This document shows, in pieces, positions 39,675 through 51,017 of a DNA stretch of 64,000 bases; position 1 is the stretch's first letter, and each line of letters opens with the position of its first letter. Position numbers and translations under genes: made by a program. The notes under the pieces were generated by a model. The model saw nothing but the letters and a program-made list of their open reading frames with translations. It made no database searches and was not told the DNA's origin. Origin of the DNA: Raja brachyura (lineage: Eukaryota). The stretch is from NCBI GenBank assembly GCA_963514005.1, contig OY740809.1:20894001-20958000 (forward strand), read 5' to 3'.

Positions 39675-39940
39675 TGATCGTCCGCATGAGGCACAGGGTT
39701 TGAACAGTGAGAATGTGACACCAATACCTGAATATGTCTAAATAAGATCGATATTTAAGTAAAATTGTCATTCCAAATATGTAGAATTCCATTGCAATTA
39801 CATAATTTGATGAGCCAAAATCACTGTTATTTCAAGAAAATATCTTTGTTCCTAACCTCATAGTATTTAATCACAAAGTGTAAATTTATGCTTTTGCTAT
39901 TTGACGTGTTTACAATTAGTCCTCCCATTCTTTTTTGTAG

Positions 39941-40177
39941 GAGCTAAAGGGATCATGGTCACACACTAAAGCAGATATTGATGAAGTGAATATTGATATC
40001 CAACGTTTTAACACTGATCATGCTCAAGCCTCAAGCCCTCAACAAAGCAGCATGTTGTTGCATAAACAATTAGATGACCCACTTGGGTCATTCGGAAATA
40101 TTTCTGAAAATATTGGGGCATGGACTTCAACACCAGATCTTCAGCTTCAGGATAACGTGTCTGTGGAATCCAAGCAG
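39941..40177 (+). CDS. MACF1: MACF1b-type exon, divergent (ELKGSWSHTKADIDEVNIDIQRFNTDHAQASSPQQS...)
   Basis: ttttttgtag|, CAG|gtttgg, 237 nt open, phase 0 to 0; DIQ..HAQ..PQQS motif recalled from MACF1b. Confidence 0.7.
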
Positions 40178-40628
40178 GTTTGGACCAGCCACCAATTAGA
40201 CGTAAAATACAATAGTTTTGAGCCATAGAAAATATTTCTAAAGCAAAATGTCAGGTGTGATATAATGCATTATCTGACAATAGGTAAAAGTGAGAACCTA
40301 GTTTTTATGAATATTAAGATATGCAAGTAATTGCAATCAAGTGCAAACTGTTGAAAAAGTAAAAACGGACATTGTAGCTTTTAAGCCACTTGCTGAAAAG
40401 TTGCTTTACTGTCAAAGTCTTTACGCAGTGAATATACATAAATAAAACTGTAATCCATTATCCAATTTGGAAATCGCGCATCTTTGGCATCTAGCTGGAA
40501 CTTGCAGTAGCACCAGTTCCTGAGGCCCCATGCCACTTGCAGCTCCCGGATGGTTGTGCTCCTCTCCTTGCAATGAGGCCCCAGTTATCTTGCTGGCACT
40601 CCCGTCCCTGCACTTTCCGACCACTTGA

Positions 40629-40794
40629 GAGAAGAAATGGGTGACATTTCGGGTCGAGACCCTTCTTCTAAAGATGAGTCTTGATCCAAAATGTCACCCA
40701 TTCCTTCTATCCAGAGATGCTGCCTGTCCCGCTGAGTTACTCCAGCATTTTGTGTCTGTTTTCTGTGTAAACCAGTATTTGCAGCTCTTTCCTA
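40629..40794. mobile_element. Fold-back Penelope-derived repeat
   Basis: 18-bp TSD CACTTTCCGA(C/G)CACTTGA at 40611-40628 and 40795-40812. Confidence 0.75.
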
Positions 40795-42214
40795 CACTTT
40801 CCGAGCACTTGATGGACTCTGTTTCCAGCTTCCAGGTCTGCGCACTGGGAAGCGGGTTCCCCCTCTCCTTTGCCACTCGCCAGGAGCGGCTTTCCATGCA
40901 CCTTTGACAGGGGTCCTGGAGATAGATTTGTATAATAATTTAATTAAATTAGAAATAAAGGAACTTGGCTGTTTGAAAGAAAATGTGTTGATCTGTATTC
41001 AACTGATATAAACGTTGGTTGGCAGTGCGCTTGCTGATTTTAGCACAGTTTAATATGAACTGCGCAAAACAGCTGACATACCAAGTACATTTAAGAGATT
41101 CCATGTAATTTCCGTCCATGGTATGAACGCACATCAATGGTCCAACTTACGCTCTGTTTGGGATCTTCGTAAAGCTGCTCCAAGAATCTTTTCTCCTTTA
41201 ATCTAATGCCAGTCAGTAGCCTCAGCCATGTGTGTATTGTGTGTGTGTAAGTGTGGTGTCCGAAATTACTGTGGATTATTTCTCTGTCTTGTTCAGTGCA
41301 ATGCTTTCAGTAACCCTCTAACCAATGTTCCTTGAGTCAATCTTGTAATCTGTTTTGCCTTGCTTTTTCCAGATACTTTTGTTCCGTTAACCGCCACGGC
41401 TCACATAATGAAGATAATGCTTTGCAGTGGATCTGAAAATGGTCATTGAAGTGTTAACTGTGGTTTTTAACCATGAGACCACATGCTAATAGTTCTTGTC
41501 ATTGTCGTTCTATAACAGCTGATTCTTCACTGCTTCTATAATGTATTTCCGTGAAATCTCCACACAGTGGCTTCCCTGTATATTTGTGACACATCTTGCT
41601 CAATTGTACTAATTCATAATGTGATATCTGTAGTCCATCTAAAGGCTGGAGATTAGGACTATTTGCTTGTGACTGCTGTTTAATTTCAAGCAGCTCTTTG
41701 AAAATTGCTCAGACAAATGTTCACAGAATTCTGAGTGTGTAATGTAAGCATTTTAACTGCATATGGCAGCGCATTCTAACATCACCCATCAATTTTCTTT
41801 CATCTGCCATGAAATCATGTGCATTAAAATTTAATCAGCCAGTTTGAATCCATCTAGTTTTATAGATCTCAGATTATTATCTCTCAAGCTTAGCTTTCTA
41901 AATCTCATTCAGAACTTAAATATTTCAAATCAATTACTAAATCTAAAGTTATACTATTGTGGGCCTCATACATGTTCAGATGATTTGAAGGCAAAGTGCA
42001 CAACTACATGTGCAGACAATTGTTTTTGGGTTGAGTTGAATCAAGTAAAATTTAAGTTTTATTGGCTTATGAAAAAAAAACTGCATGGATCTATTGTGTC
42101 CACCCAGCCAGAGATGATCTATAGACATCATTAAGTTGTATTTGAAAATGCCAGTTATGAGAATTAGCAGCACATAAATGGAAAGAAGGAATGTACATTC
42201 TAGTTTTGTTGCAG

Positions 42215-42364
42215 ACGCGGCAGGAACAACAGGAGGAATGCGAGCAGAAACTGGATGAGCTTGGAACATGGCTGGCCCAGACAGCTAACATGGTGGCCAG
42301 TCACCAGGTGGCAGTTAGCGAGTGTGACTTGCCATCTCTTCATGAGCAGCAGAGGGCGATTCAG
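42215..42364 (+). CDS. MACF1: MACF1 spectrin-repeat exon (TRQEQQEECEQKLDELGTWLAQ...)
   Basis: ttgcag|, |gtttgt, 150 nt. Confidence 0.9.
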
Positions 42365-42436
42365 GTTTGTGAAGCCAATTTTATAATAATGGACTGGCTT
42401 TTGCCTTAACTCAAACTGTTTTTTCACCATTAGATT

Positions 42437-43145
42437 TAGTCATACAATGTGGAAAAAGGCCCTTCGGCACAACATTCCCAGGCTGACCAACTTGCCCCAA
42501 ATATAGTAGACCCACCTGCCTGTGTTTGGCCTAAATTCCTCCTCGTCTCCTTTCTAAAGGAACGTCCTTTTATTCTGAGGCCGTGCCCTCTGGTCATAGA
42601 CACTCCCACTAGTGGAAACATCGTCTCCATGTTTGTTCTATCCAAGCCTTTCATTGGTTAGCTAGTTCTGGTCACCCCACTACAGGAAAGATGTAGCTTT
42701 GGAGAGGGCGTAGAAGAAGTTTAGCAGAATGCTGCCTGGAATAGAGGGTATTGGTCATAAGGAAGGTTGGACTAACTTGGATTGTTTTCTCTCGAGGTAT
42801 AAGGCTGAGGAGAGACCTGATAGAAGTATTAAAAATATTATGAAAGGCACAGAATCTTTATCCCAGGATTGAAATATCAAAGATTAGAGGGCATTGCTTT
42901 GTGAGAGGACCAAAGTTTAAATGCGATCTGTGGGGTTTTTTTTACGGAATGATGGGTGCCTGGAGCACACCACCAGGGGAGGTGATGGAAGCTGATACAA
43001 TAGTGGGTTTATGAGGGGGACATAGATATCAAGGGAATGGAGGGATATAAATGACCTGCAGGCAGAGGAGATCACTTTAACTTGGCATCATGTTGAGCAC
43101 AGACATTGTGTGCTGAAGCATCTTTCCTGTATTGTTCTGTTCTAT
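42437..43145. mobile_element. Adjacent, oppositely oriented CR1 3' fragments (- about 42437-42655, + about 42665-43145)
   Basis: Peptide MKGLDR..FPLVG..TRGHGLRIKGRSF on the minus strand and homologous sequence on the plus strand. Confidence 0.7.
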
Positions 43146-44389
43146 TGAATGGGAGCAGCTCCATCGAAATACATTGCAAGACTTATTGCACTTATTGTTT
43201 ACTAATTACATAATATGACTCCGGGAGATACCTTAACTGAGAGTGGATCAGTAGCTAAGTAAATACTTAATCTAAATGTGCTTCAACTTTGAACAGCAGC
43301 TGCACATTACAATCTCCAGCTAGTACAGTAGGGGAACAGCCCGCCCTGGATTCCAGCTGGGTGAGAAATTGGAAGGATGAGCAGAGCGTTAAGACCAAAT
43401 GCAATAATATTTTGGAGATGGGATTAGGTGACATGGTTGATCCGGAAACTGGTTAAACTGCTGCCAGATGCATGGAAGTTAACTGGCGTTGGTACATTTA
43501 AGGGAAAGCTGTGTTAAATACTTGAGGAAGCTAGAGAATGGTTTCATAGACAGAGGAAGTTTATGAAGAGCGTGAGATTGAGGTATAAAAGTAGAAGTGT
43601 GTTTATGATGTATCACGAAGAAGCTGCAGTTCAGGAAATAGGCGATCATCTGTTTTTATCAGTATTATTTACGATGGAAAGCACATAAAAACATCTTTTT
43701 TTTTAGCTTTTCTCCAACTGTAAAATAATTCCATATGCCCCTTGTAATTAATGCACGACATTCTAAAACTTTAGATGAAGCAGAGTTAATTAATTTTCCA
43801 ACACTGTTTTTTGTTGTTTTTGTGCATAAAGCCTATATTTGGTCTTTTCGCTAAATCATTTTTACGAGACGAACCATCATTTTTTGAACTCCGCATCACT
43901 GAAATTTAATATCACTTCTTAAAATATCGTTTAGATCTCCAGTTTGATGGTTTAAATTAAATTCAGTATCGTTACTAATGTCATTGAGATATTTAGCAGA
44001 AGTATAGCTGATATCATAAAAAATATTTTCCACTTCTCAACTCAGGATAGTAGCTGGCTTCCATCAAAACATAACAGCAGATGGGAAATATGGTACGGTT
44101 TTCTGAATTTCCTCATCAATCCGCTCCGTATGTTAAGAAAAAAACCAGCAGTTGGTTGACCATGAACTGCTTTTGTCATGGACATAAATATCAGTTACTT
44201 CTCAACCGCGCAGTAACAAGAAGTACAGTTGAGAAGTGGATGACTTTAGTAATTTTACCAGGCTGCAACCTCAGTGAGTCATCAACCGAAATAGAATGGG
44301 CAAGTTTACTTGGGTAAAACCCTCTATAATTGTGGGGTTCATCTTCTGCTTAAAATAAAGTGTGCCTAACACAAGGCTACAGGAATTTG

Positions 44390-44544
44390 TAGAAATAAGG
44401 AACTGCAGATGCTGGCTTATGGGGGAAAAAAAGACACAAAGGTCTGGAATATCTCAGCAGGTCAGGCAGCATCTCTGGAGAACATGGATAGACGATGTTT
44501 CAGGTTGAGAGCCTTCTTCAGACTGATTGTGGGGGGGGGGGGGG
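44390..44544 (-). mobile_element. Penelope-derived half unit with hammerhead-like core and poly-G
   Basis: 15-bp TSD GGCTACAGGAATTTG at 44375-44389 and 44545-44559. Confidence 0.75.
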
Positions 44545-44667
44545 GGCTACAGGAATTTGATATGATTTTGGCATGAAGTACATGTAGGTATATTGTCAGT
44601 GTTGTTTGGTGTGCCGTCTTTCACAATAAGGCTATTCAATTATTTTTTCTGTTATGTTCCTTCTTAG

Positions 44668-44901
44668 GCATTACAAAAAGACATGCAATCTCGCACTGCT
44701 GCTATGGAGGATGTGATCAAGGCCACAGAACACTTATTACAGGAGAATGAGGGAAAGCTAGGTACTGAAGAATTGGCAAAAGTTGAGACAAAACTATTGG
44801 AAGTTAAGGCTCAGCATAAAGTCTTGAGTCAAAGTGCGGAGAAACTTCAGAAACAAGTAGACAGTGCCTTAACGAAAGCTGTCCAGCAAGAAACAGAAAA
44901 G
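44668..44901 (+). CDS. MACF1: MACF1 spectrin-repeat exon (ALQKDMQSRTAAMEDVIK...QQETEK)
   Basis: tcttag|, |gtaata, 234 nt. Confidence 0.92.
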
Positions 44902-46153
44902 GTAATACCCAACAGAAAATCGAAAGAAGTATTGAAAGTCAGTACAGTACCCCCACATTATAATGGTAGACTGTATCCCCATGTTACCGCACATGGGGTA
45001 TCAAAAATTTCCCTTATGGACTTTACAAGTGACGACCAGAACGTTTAAGATACTGAAAACATTTTGCTCTCGTGTAATATGTGCGGAAAAGTAGCTAAAC
45101 AAACACAAAATGTGAAAATAACAACGAATTGTGGTGATTTTGTTAAGGGTTCCCATTTCAGAACGTTGTAATAGCAGCATTTTCTAGGAAGGCAATGTCA
45201 CCCATAACAGGGTATACTGTACTGTGATGCAAGAGCAGTTTTATACTAACCAAATGCTCAAACGGTATAGAATAGAGGTGAAGGAGCCGCAAATGTATCC
45301 AATGTTTGTTGCTTCCTGTTTTTTCTAGTTGGGTGGAAAATGGTCATTTGATGATGCAAATACCAAGTTTAGAAATAGTAATCCAGGGAATTATGAAAAT
45401 GCAGTGAATAAGTGCATAAATGTTTTGTTATTGGAATGAGGGAGAAAACCATAAGGGAGTAAATAATGGTGGTGAAGTAACTTTACACTGGGGTAGAGCA
45501 GTTGAGCAGGAGATGGAGATTTGGGGGCTGGGCTGGGGTGGTGGCAGAGATAGAGAGCAAGGGGAAATCAAGATGGAAAGAAAGGGGTTGAGAGAAAAGG
45601 TGAGCAAAGTAGGTGGGAGCTGAGAGGGAGGTGGACCAGGAAAGAGAGATGGAGAAAGACAGGGCATGGAGAAGGAGCTGAGGAAGAGAGAGTGGGCAAG
45701 AACAGATATTTGTCATGTGTGTTTGGTTAGAGAGTGTTGGTGTGCCTCATCTTCAGTGTTTAATACTCCTCTCCCATTGGACCAACGCTGGCCAAGTCCA
45801 CGTGCTTGGTCAGCTGAAATGGTCTGCCATTGGCGCAGAACCTATTGAAAAGCTTCTTCAACTCACCTGACTTACTCATCGTCAATCTTGGTGTGGAAGA
45901 TTGCAACCTTCACGTGGTCCGCCATGTTTCGACGAAGGCAATCAACCCGGCGTGCACAATCAAATAAGATCAAATAGAACAAGTTGTCCAACAACTTTAG
46001 GCTGTGCAAGCTATACGCAAGAAGAAGATCGTCAATCTGTAGGATTTCCACCAAAGACGAAAATAAAATGTTTAACTTCTACCTAAACTTTGTAAAACAT
46101 CAGAACTTCTATGAAATTTGTATCTTCGAGCTAACAGAATTTTGTGATTGTAG

Positions 46154-46402
46154 GCAAAAGCAGAAGAGGAACTTGAAGAAAATAAGGTTAAGATCGATGG
46201 TCTGTTGGAGTGGCTGTCATCCGTGGGGCAGCCGACAGCCACATATTACCCTCACACGCGGTCTCGTGAGGTCAGAGACCGTCTCGGCGAAGATGAATTT
46301 GATGCTTTAGGAAATGGTTTGCAGCCACGAGACCGGGACGATGTAATGGATACTCCGGCTGGGAAGGGTGGAAACCTGAACCAACAGCAACAGGCATTGA
46401 AG
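46154..46402 (+). CDS. MACF1: MACF1 exon (AKAEEELEENKVKIDGLLEWLSSVG...LNQQQQALK)
   Basis: tgtag|, |gtatga, 249 nt. Confidence 0.88.
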
Positions 46403-46599
46403 GTATGAACACTCCTGAATAGTCAGCTTTAACTCCTCTGATTTAGTCATCCTCAATCTGGAGCATTTTCCTAAAATAATGAGAGAATGTTTAAATGCTC
46501 CCAAAATTTTGAAAAATATCAATACTTTAGACAAGTGAATTTTTCAACAATTACAATCACAAATAAAATAAAATCTCTGCTCTATTGTTTTGACCTCAA

Positions 46600-47900
46600 T
46601 GTCAAATAGGAAGGGTATTGAGTTCAAAAGTTGGGACATCATGATGCAGTTGTACAAGTCATCGATGAGACCACACTTGTGGCCAGTTATAGGAAGGATG
46701 CCATTATGTTGGAACAGATGTAGAAAGACTCTCGAGGTTGTGGACTTGAGTTATAGGGAGAGATTGGATCGGCTGCAACATTTTTCTTTGGAGTAAGGAG
46801 GCAGATGGGAGACCATATTGAGATGTCCAAGATCATGAGGGGAATGGATAAAGTGAATACTCAGTCTTTTTTCCCAGGGTAGAGGATTCTAACACCAGAG
46901 GACATAGACATCGCCTAATCCCACCATGATAAAAGTAATTGATTAAGTCATTATTATGATAATACTATTTAAGATTACAAAATTTCAATTAGAGACAGAT
47001 CTGCAATGTGAATGTTCGATGTGGTTTTCTGTATGCTGATTTTTTTTGTGTCAGGAAACTTGATATCTTGTATTTGTAAGAAACTTGATATCTTGATATA
47101 TTGTATTTATACTAAATTAGTCAGAGAGTCATGCAGTATGGAAACAGGCCCTTCAGCCCATTTTGCCCATGTCAACCAAGATGCCCTATCTCCACTAGTC
47201 CCTCCTGCCTGTTTGGTCCATATCTCTTTAAATCATTCCTATCGATGTACCTGTCCAAATGTTTTTTAAATGTTGTTATGGTATCTGCCTCAACTACCGT
47301 CTCTGGCAGCTCATTCCATATACCCACCACTCTCTGGTTAAAAAGATTGCCCCTCAGATTCCTATTTAATCTTTCCCCTCTCACCTTAAACCTATGACTT
47401 TTAGTTCTTAATTCCCCTACTCTGGGTAAAATACTCTCTGCATCTACTCTATGTAGTATGCCCCTCATAATCTAAAACACCTCTATAAGATCACTCCTCA
47501 TCCTCCTGCACTGTAAAGAATAAAGTCCTAGCTTGCTTGGTCCTGGCAACATCGTCGTAAATCTTCTCTGCATTCTTTCAAGCTTATAAAACTCTTTCTT
47601 ACAAGCAGAGTGGCCAAACTGAACACAAATGTGACCTCACCAGCATCTTGTACAGCAGTAACATCCCAACTACTATACTCTGTACCTAGACTGATGAAGG
47701 TCAATGTGCCGAAAGCTGCCTTAACCACCCTGTCTACCTGTGACACCACTTTCAAGGAACTATTTACTTGCACTCGTAGGTCCCTCTGCTCTACAACCCT
47801 TCCCAGGGTCCTGCCCTTGTTTGATTTTCCAAAATCTCTACCTCGCATTTATCTGCAATAAACTTCATTTACCATTCCTCAGCCAACTTGCCCAGCTGAT
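46600..47900. mobile_element. CR1 fragments (+ about 46600-46910, - about 47120-47900)
   Basis: CR1 ORF2 C-terminal peptides (IEFKSWDIMMQLYK; RGNLFNQRVVGIWNELP). Confidence 0.75.
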
Positions 47901-47931
47901 CAAATTGAAACCAAATCCCCAAGATATTATC

Positions 47932-48225
47932 AGTTTAGTTTTGTTTAGAGATACAGGGCGGAAACAGGCCCTTCGGCCCACCGAGTCCGCACCGACCAGC
48001 GATCCCCGTACACAAGCACTATCCTGCTGAGTGGCCAATTTTACCGAAGCTAATTAACCTACAAACCTGTACGTTTTTGGAATGTGGGAGGAAACCGGAG
48101 CATTTGGAGAAAACCCACGCGGTAACAGGGAGAATGTCCAAACTCCATACAAACAGCACCTGTAGTCTGGATCAAACACGGGTCACTGGCGCAGCAAGGC
48201 AGCAACTCCACCTCTGCACCACTGT
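47932..48225 (-). mobile_element. HE1-like V-SINE
   Basis: AGTTT tail repeats, V-domain, degenerate tRNA head. Confidence 0.8.
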
Positions 48226-48272
48226 ATCTAAGAGCAATGTAAATGAACCAAATACACTTTATTTTGTTTTAG

Positions 48273-48501
48273 GAACATCATGAAACGTTGCTGTCACAGC
48301 AACAAGCTTTTGTATTGGCGACACAGTCAGCTCAGTCCTTTCTGGATAAGCATGGCCATAATCTTTCACCAGAAGAGAGAAAACAACTGCAGAGTAACTT
48401 GAACAATTTGAAGGAACAGTATGAGACCGCGCTGTTACATGCAGACTCTCAGCTGAAATATGTTCACGCTTTGCAGGAAGAACTCCAAAAATTTCAGAAA
48501 G
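48273..48501 (+). CDS. MACF1: MACF1 spectrin-repeat exon (EHHETLLSQQQAFVLATQSAQSFLDKHGHNLSPEE...)
   Basis: ttttag|, |gtaagt, phase 0 to 1. Confidence 0.93.
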
Positions 48502-48656
48502 GTAAGTTAAAGAATTCCTTTGTTTTCCATGCTTCAATTAAGGTCTATTTACTGAAAATTGAGAAGAATTATAACTATGATGACAGAAAACTGCATGTGG
48601 TTTAAAATAACAAGATCTGGAGACTAGCTTTAATAATTCTTGCCAGATTCTTGCCA

Positions 48657-48978
48657 GTTTAGTTTAGTTCAGAGATACAGTGTGGTAACAGGCCCTTTGG
48701 CCCACCAAGTCCATGTTGACTAATGATTTTCCCGGTTCTCACTAGTTCTATATTATCCCAGTTTCACATCCTACCCACTAGGGGTAATTTACAGAACCCA
48801 GTTAACATACAAACCTGCACGTGTTTGGAATGTGGGAGGAAACCTGAGCACCTGGAAAAAGCCCAAGTGGTCACAGGGAGAACGTACAAGCTCCATACAG
48901 ACAGCACATGTAGTGAGGAAAGACCTCGGGTCTCTGGCGCTGTAAGGCGGCAACTCTACCGCTGCGCCACTGTACCGC
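48657..48978 (-). mobile_element. HE1-like V-SINE, full length
   Basis: Ends CTCTACCGCTGCGCCACTGT, the reverse complement of the SINE head. Confidence 0.85.
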
Positions 48979-49087
48979 GAGTAATGTCTAAGTGATTTGG
49001 GACATTTTCTGACTAATTTCCTAAGCTCCGAAGCATTCCGTGTAACCAGTTTTAATATTTAATAACCATCTTAATTTCTTTTATTAG

Positions 49088-49404
49088 ATCATGGTGAATT
49101 TGAAGCCTGGCTAATTCAGTCTGAGCATGAACTAGAAGAGATAAAAGCAGGTGAAATGGACTCCGATTCATTACAAGTCAAGTTGCAGAAGCAGAAGGGT
49201 TTCTCTGAAGATGTTATTTCCCACAAAGGAGATCTAAGATACATCACTATTTCTGGGCAAAAGGTCTTGGATGCGGCAGATGTCTTTGCAGAAGCTAATG
49301 CAAATGAAGATTTTAAGAGCCCAATCGACCCATCTGTAACCAGCACACTGGTGAAGGAGAAGTTAGAAGATGCCAAAAATCGCTATAGCACACTTCATTC
49401 AAAA
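49088..49404 (+). CDS. MACF1: MACF1 spectrin-repeat exon (HGEFEAWL...FSEDVISHKGDLRYITISGQKVLD)
   Basis: attag|, |gtatga, phase 1 to 0. Confidence 0.95.
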
Positions 49405-49742
49405 GTATGACTTCTTTCATTTTCTTAATATAATGGCATTTGAAGTCTTGCATTGTATTTGAAATTTTCAATTATGCCTAAGCTCAGTGCATTAATATGC
49501 ATGGAGCAAGACTAACAGAAATATGTACGTTTTAGTCATGTAAGAGGACGTGTGATAACTTGTGACTGTTCAGCTAAGTAATACTGGTAATGACCAGTCA
49601 CCATTCTCAGGTGATCAAAGCATTATGCATCTCCCTTACTGGCCTAACACACTTTGATGAAACAGAGACCATTGCAAGGATTTATCATGAAATAATACGT
49701 GGTCTAATTTCTTTTAGAGAAAACAGTAATAATGTTCCTGAT

Positions 49743-50110
49743 GGACACATAAAGCTGGAGTCATTCAGCGGGTCAGGCATCGTCTCTGGGGGGAAAAAGA
49801 ATATGTGAAGTTTTGGGCCAAGTCCCTTCTTCAGACTGAGAGTCAGGGGAAAGGGAAACAAGATATAAACGGTGATATAGTGAAATACAGAACAGAAAGG
49901 TATGCAAAAGGTAACGATCAAGGACATGTGGAGCCCACAATAGTCCATTGTTGGTTGTGGGCTTAGTGATAATGAGTTATACAGACAATGAAACTCAACT
50001 AGATGTCAATGAAACTAGTACAACGACTTAGGTGGGGGAGGGGGGGAGAGAGAGGGGATGAAAGGCTAACTTGAGGTTTGGGAAATCAATATTCATACTG
50101 CTGGGTTGTA
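49743..50110 (-). mobile_element. Penelope-like element 3' fragment (ORF C-terminus, 3' UTR, hammerhead-bearing terminal repeat)
   Basis: Minus strand 50110-50071 encodes QPSSMNIDFPNL, resembling the PLE ORF end, and is contiguous with the CTGAAGA repeat unit. Confidence 0.65.
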
Positions 50111-50145
50111 TTCAGCGGTTTATTGGAATGAATATAATTCCTAAA

Positions 50146-50348
50146 AGATAGACACGACAAGCTAGAGAAACTCAGCAGGACAGGCAGCATCTCTGGAGAG
50201 AAGGAAGGGGTGACATTTCGTGACGAGACCCTTCTTCAGACCCGACCCGAAACATCACCCGTTCCTTTTCAGAAATGCTGCCTGTCCCCCTGAGTTACTC
50301 CAGCTTTTTGTGTCTCTCTTCGGTTTAAACCAGCATTCCTTCTTACAC
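50146..50348. mobile_element. Fold-back Penelope-derived repeat
   Basis: TSD AATATAATT(C/G)CTAAA at 50131-50145 and 50349-50363. Confidence 0.72.
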
Positions 50349-50642
50349 AATATAATTGCTAAAGCCAGCGCAGATCAAATGGTTCTGAATAATTATAATT
50401 TAATCCTTTCCTTCTAACTTTGGTGTGCATTGAATGTTGCCTTTTCATCTATGGTTCTCAAAAAAATGATGCAGGCAGCATCCAATTCACAATGGTCTTT
50501 AACTAACATTAGTTTTAGCAATGGACCAGTAACATATTGCGTGAACCATTTTGGAGAGGTTGAACACTCGATACTAGGCAGCATTTCACCAAAATTGAGG
50601 GTTTTAAAAATCCACATAATTATTTATTTGTTTGGTTTACAG

Positions 50643-50819
50643 TGCAATAAACTTGGCACTCACCTCGCCAATATGTTGGAGAAATATCAACATTTCCATG
50701 ACATTGCCAGTGAGCTGAATTCATGGCTAGAGAACTCGGAGGCAACTGGAGATAGGCTTCTGTTGGAAACTATTTCTTCTGATCCAGAAAGCTTACAGAA
50801 ACACCTTGCAGAAATCAAG
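50643..50819 (+). CDS. MACF1: MACF1 spectrin-repeat exon (CNKLGTHLANMLEKYQHFHD...)
   Basis: ttacag|, |gtaatc, 177 nt. Confidence 0.92.
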
Positions 50820-51017
50820 GTAATCAAAGTTGTTTTTCTATAAATTGCTGCATAATATTACTTTTTCTGAATTACAAGTAGAAATGTGAATGTCTTGAAA
50901 TAATGTTAAAATGCACCTCAAACAATGGGAATTGAGGCCAGATGGAAGGTTTTTAAGCTTGATATTTGGAATAGTATGGTGGGCACGCTAAATTTAGTTC
51001 CATTTTTGTTTCAATGA

